Source: Candidatus Latescibacterota bacterium
GTDB taxonomy: Bacteria > Latescibacterota > UBA2968 > UBA8231
Length of the DNA: 64,000 nucleotides
Reading direction: 5' to 3'
Assembly: GCA_965200315.1 (NCBI GenBank)
Contig: OZ241362.1
Span: 864,001 to 928,000 of the forward strand
The notes under the pieces: generated by a model
The model's input: the letters and a program-made list of their open reading frames with translations, nothing else
What the model was told of the DNA's origin: nothing
Databases searched by the model: none
Part shown: in pieces, positions 32,064 through 41,319 of the stretch
How positions within the stretch are numbered: position 1 is the first letter of the stretch
Layout: every line of letters begins with the position of its first letter
Made by a program: the position numbers and the translations under genes

Positions 32064-32708
32064 TTAAGAGCTTTGGCTGTTTGGAAAGAACAACCGTTTC
32101 AACCAAGCAACAAGAACATCTACTTCTGGGACATTGGGATCGAGGAAGCAGGCGGTAATGGCCGTGCCGAAAGGCCGCCCTGGATCTTCTTGCCAAGCAA
32201 GCCAAGTATGGACGATCGCCTTGGTCTCGTCTAGTGGTTTGAAACGCTGCTCGCCTTCAGGAATAGTGGCGACACTACCTTCCGCATGGTCAAAAAGGAT
32301 GTTGGGTTGCGGAACGAGAAAGCGCAGAAAATCTTCCAAAATGCCGCTTGTTCGATTATTCGGCATAATCCAGATGCCCAATCGCGGTAAAAGTGTTCCT
32401 CGCGGAGGGTAGAGGATCGTTCCGTCTGGGCTCGGTTGAGCAGGCACCTCTTGGTATCCGACACCGATGATTCGATTTCGCACCGACTGCCAACGACTAC
32501 TTATGTCCGTATCGGCGTCAACGACCACCCCAATAACGTCGCCTTCCTCGCTTAATTTGAGTCGGACGCCAAGACTCTCAATGAGTTTTTCGACATTGCC
32601 ATGGCTTTCCACTCCATCAAGGTGAGGAATGCCGCGATTCCCGCAAATATGCTTCAGAACATGCTCGTCGTCAGTCCCTTCCACCATAAGCATTTTCCCG
32701 TTTGCCAT
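32064..32708 (-). CDS. DUF3226-like TOPRIM-type protein
   Basis: MVEGTDD, VVDAD, WIMPNN..SGILEDFL and HTWLAWQEDPGRPFGTAI; starts 1 bp after the ATPase stop. Confidence 0.8.
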   Translation of the reverse strand: MANGKMLMVEGTDDEHVLKHICGNRGIPHLDGVESHGNVEKLIESLGVRLKLSEEGDVIGVVVDADTDISSRWQSVRNRIIGVGYQEVPAQPSPDGTILYPPRGTLLPRLGIWIMPNNRTSGILEDFLRFLVPQPNILFDHAEGSVATIPEGEQRFKPLDETKAIVHTWLAWQEDPGRPFGTAITACFLDPNVPEVDVLVAWLKRLFFPNSQSS

Positions 32709-32709
32709 G

Positions 32710-33828
32710 TCAGCGCACCTCGACTTGGTCGCGCGTTGCAATGGCCAGTTCGTTTTCTGATAGCACAGTGGGAATAGTGTCCTCACCCCGGCGGGTCAAA
32801 CGTATAAGTACCCCTTCTTTAGGTGCTTCGGCCGCCGCTTTCTGAAACGCCTCGACCGCGTCCCAACTATGGGACGTTGCAAAGACTTGAATATCGAGCG
32901 TGTGCGCCAATCGGAATATCGTGCGCCACACATCTAACTGTACGGTGTGATGCAGGCCATTTTCAAATTCATCCACCAACAAAAGTCCCCCACGAGCGTT
33001 GACGAGGGAAAGAATTATTCCGAATAGCCGATTCAGTCCGTCGCCAAACGAGCGCAGTGGAACGGGTCGTGCGATATGGTCTGCGCGTACAATGGCGGTA
33101 GGGTTCCTATGCGTGATGCCAACCATAGAAACGGCTGAAATCTCAGGAACGATGATGCGCAACGCTGCAACGACATCCTTCTCCCTGTCAGATAGCGCGA
33201 TTTTATCCCACAATGGCCCTAACATTCCCGTGCCTTCGCCGCCGTAGGGACTGACGAAGATACAGGGCATCCGTCCGTCAGAGGGTTCAGAAAGCTCCCG
33301 GTGCATTGGGTAATGGTGTCTGCCAAAACGCTCGAGCAGGAGATTTCGCGTTCCTCCTTTCGTCTCGACGCTCAAAGCAGGGATACCTTCTGATTCATCC
33401 AAGAGGCTTGGTTGCTGAGGGACTAACCGATACTTTCCTGCCGAGTCGCGTTCCTCTGATAGCCAGCCCAAGCGCATCGTCATGCTCATTGGGCTCGACC
33501 TGCTACTGGTTGAAATAGCGATCGGCTTAGGGTTTTCTGAAAGCAGGGGAAATCCATAGAACAGCCCCGAAACCAGAAATAAGCTCTCATGATCAGCGGA
33601 GCGCCCCCCTTCCTCTGCTTCTTCGATATTTTCTTCGCGGTATCTGAGTATATCGTAAATCACGTCAAGCGCAGCATTCTTGGCGAGAATATGCAGCCCT
33701 TCAAGAACAGATGATTTCCCGCTGTTGTTCCTTCCGGTAATCAGGTTCACGCGCCCCAAGCCACAGATGGTCAACTCGCGGAATGCGCGGAATCGCTCCA
33801 GCGTTAAGCTCTCAATTTTGAGACCCAT
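32710..33828 (-). CDS. AAA_15/AAA_21 ABC-like ATPase
   Basis: GRNNSGKSS (Walker A), SFGDG signature, LLVDEFENGLH (Walker B) and TSHS (H-loop). Confidence 0.92.
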   Translation of the reverse strand: MGLKIESLTLERFRAFRELTICGLGRVNLITGRNNSGKSSVLEGLHILAKNAALDVIYDILRYREENIEEAEEGGRSADHESLFLVSGLFYGFPLLSENPKPIAISTSSRSSPMSMTMRLGWLSEERDSAGKYRLVPQQPSLLDESEGIPALSVETKGGTRNLLLERFGRHHYPMHRELSEPSDGRMPCIFVSPYGGEGTGMLGPLWDKIALSDREKDVVAALRIIVPEISAVSMVGITHRNPTAIVRADHIARPVPLRSFGDGLNRLFGIILSLVNARGGLLLVDEFENGLHHTVQLDVWRTIFRLAHTLDIQVFATSHSWDAVEAFQKAAAEAPKEGVLIRLTRRGEDTIPTVLSENELAIATRDQVEVR

Positions 33829-33900
33829 GGCATTTTCCTTTCACTCATTCCTTCATTTCGCGACAACATATGCTAACCGCTCGAACATGATTGGCCCCCT

Positions 33901-33994
33901 TCAGTCCAACCGGATCTCTCGCCCCGTCTCTTGGCTGCGATAGATCCCATCGAGGATTTTCATCACCTGTAGGGATTGCTCCGGCGGCACCGGC
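33901..33994 (-). repeat. In-gene copy of the 94-bp direct repeat
   Basis: Encodes the current C-terminus ...YRSQETGREIRLD*. Confidence 0.95.
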
Positions 33995-34956
33995 GAGGGC
34001 CGCCCTTGGGCAATCGCCGCGGCGAACTCCACGCATTCCTGCGCGTGGGCTTCTAGGCCGTCGTACATCAGCATGAGCTTGCGGTCGTACTGTTGTCGGG
34101 TCTGGTTGTTGCTCTCGCAAATCGAGCACTGAGGCCAATGCGCACCGCCTCGGGTGCCGTAGAGCCACATCTGCATGTCCTCGCCTTGGGTCGGGTGATG
34201 CAAAAGCCAACTCACCTCCAAGACGAGCGTCGCACCATTGTCAAAGCGCACAAAGGCCGCGGCAAAATCCTCGACATCGTAGTGGGCTGGAATCGTCTGG
34301 CGACCCCATTGACTGAAAGCCCCTTCTTGGTGCGCCAATTCAGCGCGGGCCACGCCCGAAATAGCCACGGGCTCAGGATGCCCCATAAACCACAAGGTCA
34401 GGTCGAGGATGTGAACCCCAATGTCGATGCAGGGGCCGCCGCCGCTGTGCTCCTTGAGAATGAACCCGCCACCGGTCGGCGCACCGGCCCGACGCAGCAT
34501 CCAGCTACGAGCGTGGTAGATGTCGCCGAGTGCGCCTGTGTCTATCTCGGCTTTTAGCGCACGGGACGATCCCTGAAAGCGAAAGTGCTGCGCCGTCATC
34601 AACTCTTTGCCCGAAGCGTCGCGTGCCGCGATCATCTGGCGAACAGCCTCGGGCGTGGGAGCCAAGGGCTTTTCGCAGATCACGTGCTTGCCAGCCGACA
34701 GCGCGGCAATGGCCAATGGAGCGTGATACATGTTGGGCGTGCAGATGTCGATAATGTCGATATCGGGGTCGCTGAACAGTGCCTCCGGGTCGGTGTGCAG
34801 CTTGGTGACCCCGTTTGCTGCGCCAAAGCGCTGCAGCGCCTCCTCGCTAATATCGCTGCCAGCGATCAACTCGGCCTCGCTAGAAGCCTCCCAGCCGGGG
34901 ATGTGCGTACCGGCAATTCCGCCAACGCCGACGATACCTACTTTGAGCGTACTCAT
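33901..34956 (-). CDS. Gfo/Idh/MocA family oxidoreductase
   Basis: VGIVGVGGIA, GKHVICEKP and GGGPCIDIGVH. Confidence 0.93.
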   Translation of the reverse strand: MSTLKVGIVGVGGIAGTHIPGWEASSEAELIAGSDISEEALQRFGAANGVTKLHTDPEALFSDPDIDIIDICTPNMYHAPLAIAALSAGKHVICEKPLAPTPEAVRQMIAARDASGKELMTAQHFRFQGSSRALKAEIDTGALGDIYHARSWMLRRAGAPTGGGFILKEHSGGGPCIDIGVHILDLTLWFMGHPEPVAISGVARAELAHQEGAFSQWGRQTIPAHYDVEDFAAAFVRFDNGATLVLEVSWLLHHPTQGEDMQMWLYGTRGGAHWPQCSICESNNQTRQQYDRKLMLMYDGLEAHAQECVEFAAAIAQGRPSPVPPEQSLQVMKILDGIYRSQETGREIRLD

Positions 34957-35012
34957 GGCTTATCCTTGTTTTTGGTTGTGGTTTGATCTACGCGAAAGAG
35001 TCGTTGTTAGAT

Positions 35013-35765
35013 TTAGATCCGCGTCAGGGCTTCGGTCGGCATCCACCCGCCGAGGCCGTTGGCCAGCCTCACCAGCATCCACTCGCCCTCCTGCCGCACC
35101 AAGCGCACCTTCGTCCCTTCGTGCGCCACAAAAACCTCGGTCTGCCCGAGGTCCGGGCCGGAATACGCACGCACCTCGGCCACCGTGACGATAGCTTCGC
35201 TCGTCTGCGCCTGATGGTGGAGGCGCGTCCCCAGCCAGAGCGCGGCCCCAACGCTCAGCCCCGCACAGAGCAAAACCCCGCCTAGCCACAGCGCACCGGG
35301 GCGCGTCTGCGCGAACAACCACCGCACCCCCAAGACAAAGACCGCGAAAAACGCCACCGCGAACAGCAGGCTGAGCTGGTTGAACGTGGGCCAGAAATAG
35401 GCGGCCACCAGCGCGGCTACTAGTGCGCCGAGGCCGTCCTGAGTTTGCGGGTCGCGGTCCTTCTTTACGAGGTTGGCGAAGCGCAGATTGGCTTCAACGT
35501 CCTCGTCGTGCGGCAGCAAGCGCTGCGCCCGCTCGTACCAGAGAATCGCTTCGCCCAGCTTCCCGGACTTGAAGCAGGCATTGCCCAGATTGTAGTAGAG
35601 CCGCCCGTCTTGCACCCCAGCGTCCACCACCTCCAAGTAGCTGCGCCGCGCCGCCGCAAAATCCCCAGCCTGATAGAGCGCATTGGCCTCGTTGTACTGC
35701 CCAGCCGCAGCCCCGGCGTGGAGTTGAGTGCCCAGCAGGAGTAATAGCGCCAGTGCGCGCATCAT
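35013..35765 (-). CDS. BatE-like TPR + SH3 protein
   Basis: LYYNLGNA TPR, TM helices and HEGTKV...GW SH3-like tail. Confidence 0.85.
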   Translation of the reverse strand: MMRALALLLLLGTQLHAGAAAGQYNEANALYQAGDFAAARRSYLEVVDAGVQDGRLYYNLGNACFKSGKLGEAILWYERAQRLLPHDEDVEANLRFANLVKKDRDPQTQDGLGALVAALVAAYFWPTFNQLSLLFAVAFFAVFVLGVRWLFAQTRPGALWLGGVLLCAGLSVGAALWLGTRLHHQAQTSEAIVTVAEVRAYSGPDLGQTEVFVAHEGTKVRLVRQEGEWMLVRLANGLGGWMPTEALTRI

Positions 35766-37540
35766 ATCCGCTTCTCCAAACCCGCGATCACCTCCCCGGC
35801 CAAGCGCCGTGCCGCCGCCCGGTCCGTCGGCGGACCGCCCGCGGGCGCAAAGCGCGCAAAATCGCAGCGCGTTAGCAGGTCGCGCAGGGATTGGATCGTC
35901 TCAGCCGCGACTTGGCGCGCCGCTAGGGCCTCGGCACAAACCTCAATGGTCAGACCAGCCGCGGCGAGGTTGAGGCGGTCGGCCACAAACTCCAGCACCG
36001 CGGCGCGGACCTCGCCGTAGAACTCGGCCTCGGTGCCAGCCTCAAGCAAGGCATCGGCGCGGGATAGGCGGCGGCCTGCTTCGCCTTTGGCCCGGCGCCG
36101 GCGCGCGTACGCCACATCGCCCTGCAAGCGCCGCTGGTGGCGTTGCCACACAAGCAGGGCCAAGAAGGCGAGGGGCAGTGCGCCCTGCCAGGTCCAAAAC
36201 CAATAACGCTCGTGTAGCATAAGAGCCACGACGAGGGCCTCGACGTCGGGCTTGATGTAGCGAATGTCCTCTCCTACGGCTTCGATGTCGCGCCGGCTTA
36301 GCCCGTAGCTCACCCTTTCCTCCTCGGCACTCCCCTCGCTGTGAATGGTGATGGGCTCAGATTTGAGGACCTCATAGCGCGCTTGGTGTGGGTCGAAGTA
36401 CGCAAAGCGCAGCGGCGGGATGTTCAGGGTGCCGCCCTGCTCGGGAATCAAGATGTACTCGAAGAGGCGGCGACCTCCGTACACGCCGCTGGTGATCCGC
36501 TCTTCTTCCTCGACCTTGGGATCGTAGAGCTTGACGCCAGCGACAGCATCGACTTGTAGAGGCTGCACCGCAGCCATGTTGCCCTCGCCCTCGACCAGCA
36601 CGCGCAGCGTCACCGGATCCCCGGCCGCAACTTGGGTCGGCGGGGCCGCAACGCTGAGTTGGAAGCGCCCCACCGCGCCGGTAAATTCCGCCGGGCGACC
36701 CTGTTCGGGCAGCGGTAGGACCTCGATTTGCAATTCCTCGCTTTGCAGGAGCACCGAGCGAGAGCGGCCAAAGAACGGATCGCCGGCGAAGAAATCGTCG
36801 AGCAGGCCGCCGCGCCGCGAGCGCTTTTGCGGAATGTCGCAAGAAACGGCCAATGTGCCGACAGCGTGAGTCCCCGCGCCGGTGGGAAAAAGGGCCACGC
36901 GCCGCAGCGGCGCGACGCTGTAAGACACGCCGCCGCGCACCTCCTGATGCGACTCTAGCTGTTGGGCGACAAAGAGGTCTTCGGTCCAAAACCCGACAAA
37001 GGTCGGCAGCTTGTTGAAGCTGACGTTGCGCGGTTGGATGCGGTAGAACAGGTCGTAGGACACGGTGACCTGCTGCCCCACATAAGCCCGCTGGTGGTCG
37101 GCGCGTGCCAACACGAAGATGGGACTCTCTCCTTGGCCGGCTTGCGCGCTGCTAGTGCCGCGGACGATCTCGACAGTAATGGGCTTGGTCTGATAGCGCT
37201 CACCGTCCATTTCTAGCTGGAGAGGACCAATAGTAAAGGTGCCAGCCTGCTTGGCATAGAGAGCATACGCTAGCTCGCGGGAGTAGCTAACGTTGGAGAA
37301 GTTGCTCATCTCCATCCGCGTACTAGTCGCTGGCCCTTCGACGTGGAAATCCTTTAGGTCGAATGCTGGCGTCACTTGGGGCAACTGCTCGTCGGAGGTG
37401 ATGCGGAGCGTCAGGCGAATCGGCTCGCCCTGACTAGCGCGCGTGCGATCGACAGACGCCTCGAACTGAATCGCCGCCGCCGCCTCGCTAGATGCCGCCA
37501 GCGCACACAGCACTAGCGGGATGGTTAGCCGCGCTTTCAC
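35762..37540 (-). CDS. BatD-like protein
   Basis: FEASVDR, YVGQQV, FTGAVGRF and YFDP, with a TM helix near the C-terminus. Confidence 0.88.
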   Translation of the reverse strand: MKARLTIPLVLCALAASSEAAAAIQFEASVDRTRASQGEPIRLTLRITSDEQLPQVTPAFDLKDFHVEGPATSTRMEMSNFSNVSYSRELAYALYAKQAGTFTIGPLQLEMDGERYQTKPITVEIVRGTSSAQAGQGESPIFVLARADHQRAYVGQQVTVSYDLFYRIQPRNVSFNKLPTFVGFWTEDLFVAQQLESHQEVRGGVSYSVAPLRRVALFPTGAGTHAVGTLAVSCDIPQKRSRRGGLLDDFFAGDPFFGRSRSVLLQSEELQIEVLPLPEQGRPAEFTGAVGRFQLSVAAPPTQVAAGDPVTLRVLVEGEGNMAAVQPLQVDAVAGVKLYDPKVEEEERITSGVYGGRRLFEYILIPEQGGTLNIPPLRFAYFDPHQARYEVLKSEPITIHSEGSAEEERVSYGLSRRDIEAVGEDIRYIKPDVEALVVALMLHERYWFWTWQGALPLAFLALLVWQRHQRRLQGDVAYARRRRAKGEAGRRLSRADALLEAGTEAEFYGEVRAAVLEFVADRLNLAAAGLTIEVCAEALAARQVAAETIQSLRDLLTRCDFARFAPAGGPPTDRAAARRLAGEVIAGLEKRI

Positions 37541-38325
37541 CAGTCCCTAGCCTGCGCCTTGCCGGTGGCACGAAACCGCCGCTGCTGAGCTTCCAACTCG
37601 CGGTTCTTGAGAGCATCCATGAGCTGCTGAGCTTCCTCGGGACTCATGGAGCGCTGCTCGGCAGGCTGCTCCTCCTGCTGTTGGTCCTGCTCACTTTGTT
37701 GCTGTTGCTGTTGATCCTGTTGGTCCTGCTCCGAATTTTGCTGTTGCTGTTGTTGGTCCTGTTGCTCTTGCTCTTCTGAATCCTGCTGATTCTCCTGATT
37801 CTCCTGATTCTCCTGATTCTGCTCTGAATCTTGCTGCTGTTGATCTTGATCCTGCTCTTCTGAATCGTCCTGCTGTTCCTGCTGTTGCTGCTCCTGCTGC
37901 TCCTGCAATTTCTCCAGCGCCAGTTCCAAGTTCACCTTGGCATCCTCGTCGGTCGCGTCTAGTTCCAGCGCCTGCTTGTACGCGGCGACGGCCTGTTCAA
38001 ACGCCTGCTGCTGAAAGAAGCTATTGCCCATGTTGTAATGGGCTTGCGACTGGATTTTTTTCTTTTCGGCGCTGAGCACCCGCTCAAATTCCCGTAGGGC
38101 TTGGTCGTATTCGCCGCGCTTAAAAAGCGCGTCCCCGACGTTGAAGTGCAGCTCGGGCGCGTCGGGCCGGTCGAGGAGGGCGTCTCGGTAGAGCTGTAGA
38201 GCCTGATCGTATTCGCCACGCTGGTAGTGCTCCAACGCCTCGGCGCTCTTGCTGGCCACGGGATCGCCCACGGTCGCTCCGCAGACGACCAGCCAGAGCC
38301 CCAAGAGGCCCCACAATGCACCCAT
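37537..38325 (-). CDS. BatC-like TPR protein with Gln-rich linker
   Basis: TPRs, Q/E/D tract and terminal ARDW; TAATG overlap with the BatB-like stop. Confidence 0.85.
   Translation of the reverse strand: MGALWGLLGLWLVVCGATVGDPVASKSAEALEHYQRGEYDQALQLYRDALLDRPDAPELHFNVGDALFKRGEYDQALREFERVLSAEKKKIQSQAHYNMGNSFFQQQAFEQAVAAYKQALELDATDEDAKVNLELALEKLQEQQEQQQQEQQDDSEEQDQDQQQQDSEQNQENQENQENQQDSEEQEQQDQQQQQQNSEQDQQDQQQQQQSEQDQQQEEQPAEQRSMSPEEAQQLMDALKNRELEAQQRRFRATGKAQARDW
37786..37821. repeat. 9-bp coding tandem repeat (CTGATTCTC x4) in the BatC Gln-rich linker
   Basis: Read directly; encodes NQE repeats. Confidence 0.85.
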
Positions 38326-39350
38326 TAGGCGAACCGCCCCTTCCACTCGCGGGCCTGCACCCGCGCATCGCCTAAGAAAGCCTCGGCGAAGAAACAGCAA
38401 ATTGCCAACAATAAGGGCCATTGGAAACGCTCCTGATAGCGGGTGAGGCGGGTAGAGCCGATCTCGCGCTGATCCATCTCGGCGATCTGGCCGTACAAGG
38501 CATCCAATTCCGCGCCGCCCAAGGTAGTGCGAAAGTAATCGCCTCCCGTCTCCAGCGCCATGTCCTGTAAGGTGCTCTCGTCGAGCCGGGTTTTGACGTA
38601 TTGGCCGCGCTTGTCCTTGTGAAAGATCACGCCGCCGCCTTCCTCCTCAGTAGGGATAAGCTCGCCGTCAGGCGTCCCCAACCCCAAGGCAAAGATACGC
38701 ACACCCTGTGCGGCGGCTGTCTGCGCCGCGGCCAGCGGCTGCCCCACGTGATCCTCGCCGTCGGTGAAGAGCACGATGGCCTTGTGCTGGCCTTCGCCCT
38801 CCTCAAACGAGCGCACGGCCAGCCGCACGGCGTCGCCAATGGCCGTCCCCTGGACGGGTATAGCCCCGGCGTTGAGCACATCGAGGAACAGCCCCACCGA
38901 GCCATAGTCAGTCGTCAGCGGGCACTGGACAAAAGCCTTGCCAGCAAAGACTACCAGTCCGACCCGATCACCTCGGAGCAAGTCCAACAGGCCGCGAATC
39001 TGGTGTTTGGCCCGCGCCAAGCGGCTCGGCTTGACGTCCTCGGCCTGCATGCTACGCGATACGTCGAGCACCAGCATCACGTCCACGCCCTTGCGCTCGG
39101 CCATTTCGAGTTGCGTACCGAATTGGGGGCCGGTCAGGGCTAGGATCGCAAAGAAGGTCCCCAGCCCCAATAAGACAAGTTTTCCCACTTGGCGACCCCG
39201 GCTCAAGTTGCGGGTCAGTTTCTCGGCCAGCGGGCCGCGGGCAAAACGCGCCAAGGCGCGGCGACGCGCCCAGAGCACCCAGGCAAAAAAGGCCGCCAAA
39301 AAGGGCAGCAACAACAGCAACCAAAAATTGTACAAGTTCGCAAAGCGCAT
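38325..39350 (-). CDS. BatB-like VWA domain protein
   Basis: LDVSRSM MIDAS motif, PSRL, QCPLTTD and TDGE. Confidence 0.9.
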   Translation of the reverse strand: MRFANLYNFWLLLLLPFLAAFFAWVLWARRRALARFARGPLAEKLTRNLSRGRQVGKLVLLGLGTFFAILALTGPQFGTQLEMAERKGVDVMLVLDVSRSMQAEDVKPSRLARAKHQIRGLLDLLRGDRVGLVVFAGKAFVQCPLTTDYGSVGLFLDVLNAGAIPVQGTAIGDAVRLAVRSFEEGEGQHKAIVLFTDGEDHVGQPLAAAQTAAAQGVRIFALGLGTPDGELIPTEEEGGGVIFHKDKRGQYVKTRLDESTLQDMALETGGDYFRTTLGGAELDALYGQIAEMDQREIGSTRLTRYQERFQWPLLLAICCFFAEAFLGDARVQAREWKGRFA

Positions 39351-39418
39351 ATAAACTCAGGACAGCGAGCGGATGTACAAGTTCGCAAAGCGCATATAAA
39401 CTCAGGGCAGCGAGCGGA
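39329..39418. repeat. 45-bp tandem duplication of the batA stop / batB start junction
   Basis: TGTACAAGTTCGCAAAGCGCATATAAACTCAGG(A/G)CAGCGAGCGGA twice, 1 mismatch. Confidence 0.95.
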
Positions 39419-40406
39419 AGCGGGTATGAGCCAACAGCATCTCCACCAACAGCAGGCCCAAGCCCGCGTAGAGAAAATAGGCAAAGCGCTCCGAATAATT
39501 CAGGTGGATTGCGGATTTGATCTCAGTCGCCTCTAACTCGCCGATCTCTCGGTAGATGGCCTCTAGCTTTTCCTCGCTGGTCGCCCGGTAGTACTGGCCG
39601 CCGGTGCGTGCGGCCACCTCCTGTAAGGTCTCCTCGTCGATCTCCACCTGTACGGTTTGATAGCGGGTGCCGAAAACTCCGCGCACGGGCCGGCGAATCT
39701 CCCCGTCGCTGCCCACGCCAATGGTATAGACCCGGATGCCCACGGCCGCGGCCACCTCAGCCGCGGTCAACGGTTCCACCTCGCCGGCGTTGTTGACGCC
39801 ATCGGTCAGCAGGATAATCACCTTGCTCTCGGCGTCCGAGTCGCGCAGGCGGTTGCAGGCATTGATCAGCGCCATGCCAACGGCCGTGCCATCCCATTCC
39901 TCGCTGGCGATCTCCACGCCTTGGAGAAACTCCAACAGCACTCGATAGTCGAGGGTCAGCGGGCACTGGGTGAAGCTCTCACCGGCAAAGACGACCATGC
40001 CGATGCGGTCGCTGTGGCGGCCGGCGATAAAGTCGGCCACCACTTCCTTGGCCACCTGTAAGCGGCTCTTCTGGCCCTCGTCTAGGTCGTTTAACTCCAT
40101 GCTCGACGAAATGTCCACGGTCAGCATAATGTCGATGCCCTCGCCCGATATTTCCCGCACCTCGCGCCCGGCTTGCGGGCGGGCCATAGCTGCGATGAGG
40201 CAACTCAAGCCAAGTAGCTTCAAAACCAAGAGACCGTGCCGGAGCTTGGTCCACAGCGACGCGGTGGCGCGGCGCAACACGCCGAGATCGGAAAACTGCA
40301 CGCTGCTCCGGCGGCCCCGGTGCGCCCGCACATAGCTGTAGAGCAAGACTGGCAACAGCAGGAGTAGCAACAGCCACTCGGGATTTTCAAACCGGATGTT
40401 CTGCAT
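39402..40406 (-). CDS. BatA-like VWA domain protein
   Basis: RFENP, MARPQ, VDISSSM, DGTAVG and LLTDGVNNAG. Confidence 0.92.
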   Translation of the reverse strand: MQNIRFENPEWLLLLLLLPVLLYSYVRAHRGRRSSVQFSDLGVLRRATASLWTKLRHGLLVLKLLGLSCLIAAMARPQAGREVREISGEGIDIMLTVDISSSMELNDLDEGQKSRLQVAKEVVADFIAGRHSDRIGMVVFAGESFTQCPLTLDYRVLLEFLQGVEIASEEWDGTAVGMALINACNRLRDSDAESKVIILLTDGVNNAGEVEPLTAAEVAAAVGIRVYTIGVGSDGEIRRPVRGVFGTRYQTVQVEIDEETLQEVAARTGGQYYRATSEEKLEAIYREIGELEATEIKSAIHLNYSERFAYFLYAGLGLLLVEMLLAHTRFRSLP

Positions 40407-41319
40407 GAGCCTCAGCAGCGCGGGTTGCGACCGTCTCCTCAATAGCGCACAGTATGGCCAAGCCGGCATCCGGTGCGCGCCGGGCCGCGTCTAGCGCCGG
40501 ATGGAAGCGAGCGAACTTCACCAAGTCAGCCGCGGCCAAATAGTCGATAATCTGCTGCCTAAGCGAGTCATCTACTTCAGCCCTCTGCAAGGCGTTCGCC
40601 AACTCAGACGTGGTCTGCTCCATCGCTTCAACGGCCAAGCTTTCCTCCAAGAAGCGACGCAGGTTTTCCGCCAGCAGCGAATAGTATGTTTTGAACTCGC
40701 CGCGCTCCAACAGGCCACACGCGGCAATGCGTGCGAATTCAGCCGCGTAGTCTAGCGGCTCGGGCGGAGGCGGAGGCTCCAAGGTGCGGGTGCGGCGACG
40801 CCACAGCCAGACGCCGCCGAGCGCGCAAAGCACCAACGCCAGCAATCCGATTGCGACGACCACCCACAACGGCACTCCCCCGTGGACGGGCACGGGCGGC
40901 TTGATGTCGCGCAGTTGGTCCTCCCCTTCGCTCCGGGCACTGATGACTTCTATGGCTAGGGGTTGGGTGGCGCGCAGGAGCGTGTCGCCCGCAACGTTGA
41001 CAAAGGGCACGGCCACGGCCGGCACTTCGTGTAGCCCCAGCTCGTAGAGGCGCAACTCGCATTCTTGCGCGAGCTCGAAGCCGGCTGCGACCTCGCGTTG
41101 GTGCCAGCCGGCGCAGCGAGGGGCAAAATCCCGCAAGAGCTGGAGCAGGTCCGGGGCCTTGGGACGCACGGTGGCGTCGTGGTGTAGCGTCAACGTCAGG
41201 CGGATGGGATCGCCGACCCGAGCAGCCGCGGTGTCCAAGACCGCCTCGGCCCGAGGGGCTTGGGCGTGTAGCCCCTCGGCGAGGACCACTAGCGCGGCGA
41301 GCAGACCGCCGAGATACAT
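40387..41319 (-). CDS. Bat-operon membrane protein (DUF4381/BatD-related)
   Basis: Signal peptide, LRDIKPP + TM, EQTTSE and ADLVKFA. Confidence 0.8.
   Translation of the reverse strand: MYLGGLLAALVVLAEGLHAQAPRAEAVLDTAAARVGDPIRLTLTLHHDATVRPKAPDLLQLLRDFAPRCAGWHQREVAAGFELAQECELRLYELGLHEVPAVAVPFVNVAGDTLLRATQPLAIEVISARSEGEDQLRDIKPPVPVHGGVPLWVVVAIGLLALVLCALGGVWLWRRRTRTLEPPPPPEPLDYAAEFARIAACGLLERGEFKTYYSLLAENLRRFLEESLAVEAMEQTTSELANALQRAEVDDSLRQQIIDYLAAADLVKFARFHPALDAARRAPDAGLAILCAIEETVATRAAEAHAEHPV

Larger units (their letters stand above)
31959..33994 (-). mobile_element. Integrase-free inserted cassette (AAA ATPase + DUF3226-like) bounded by gene-end duplication
   Basis: Lower-GC two-gene unit between 94-bp direct repeats. 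Confidence 0.75.

Noticed and set aside
37660-37910. Repetitive tract as a CRISPR array or contingency locus
   Set aside because: In-frame Gln/Glu/Asp low-complexity linker typical of BatC; no repeat-spacer structure.
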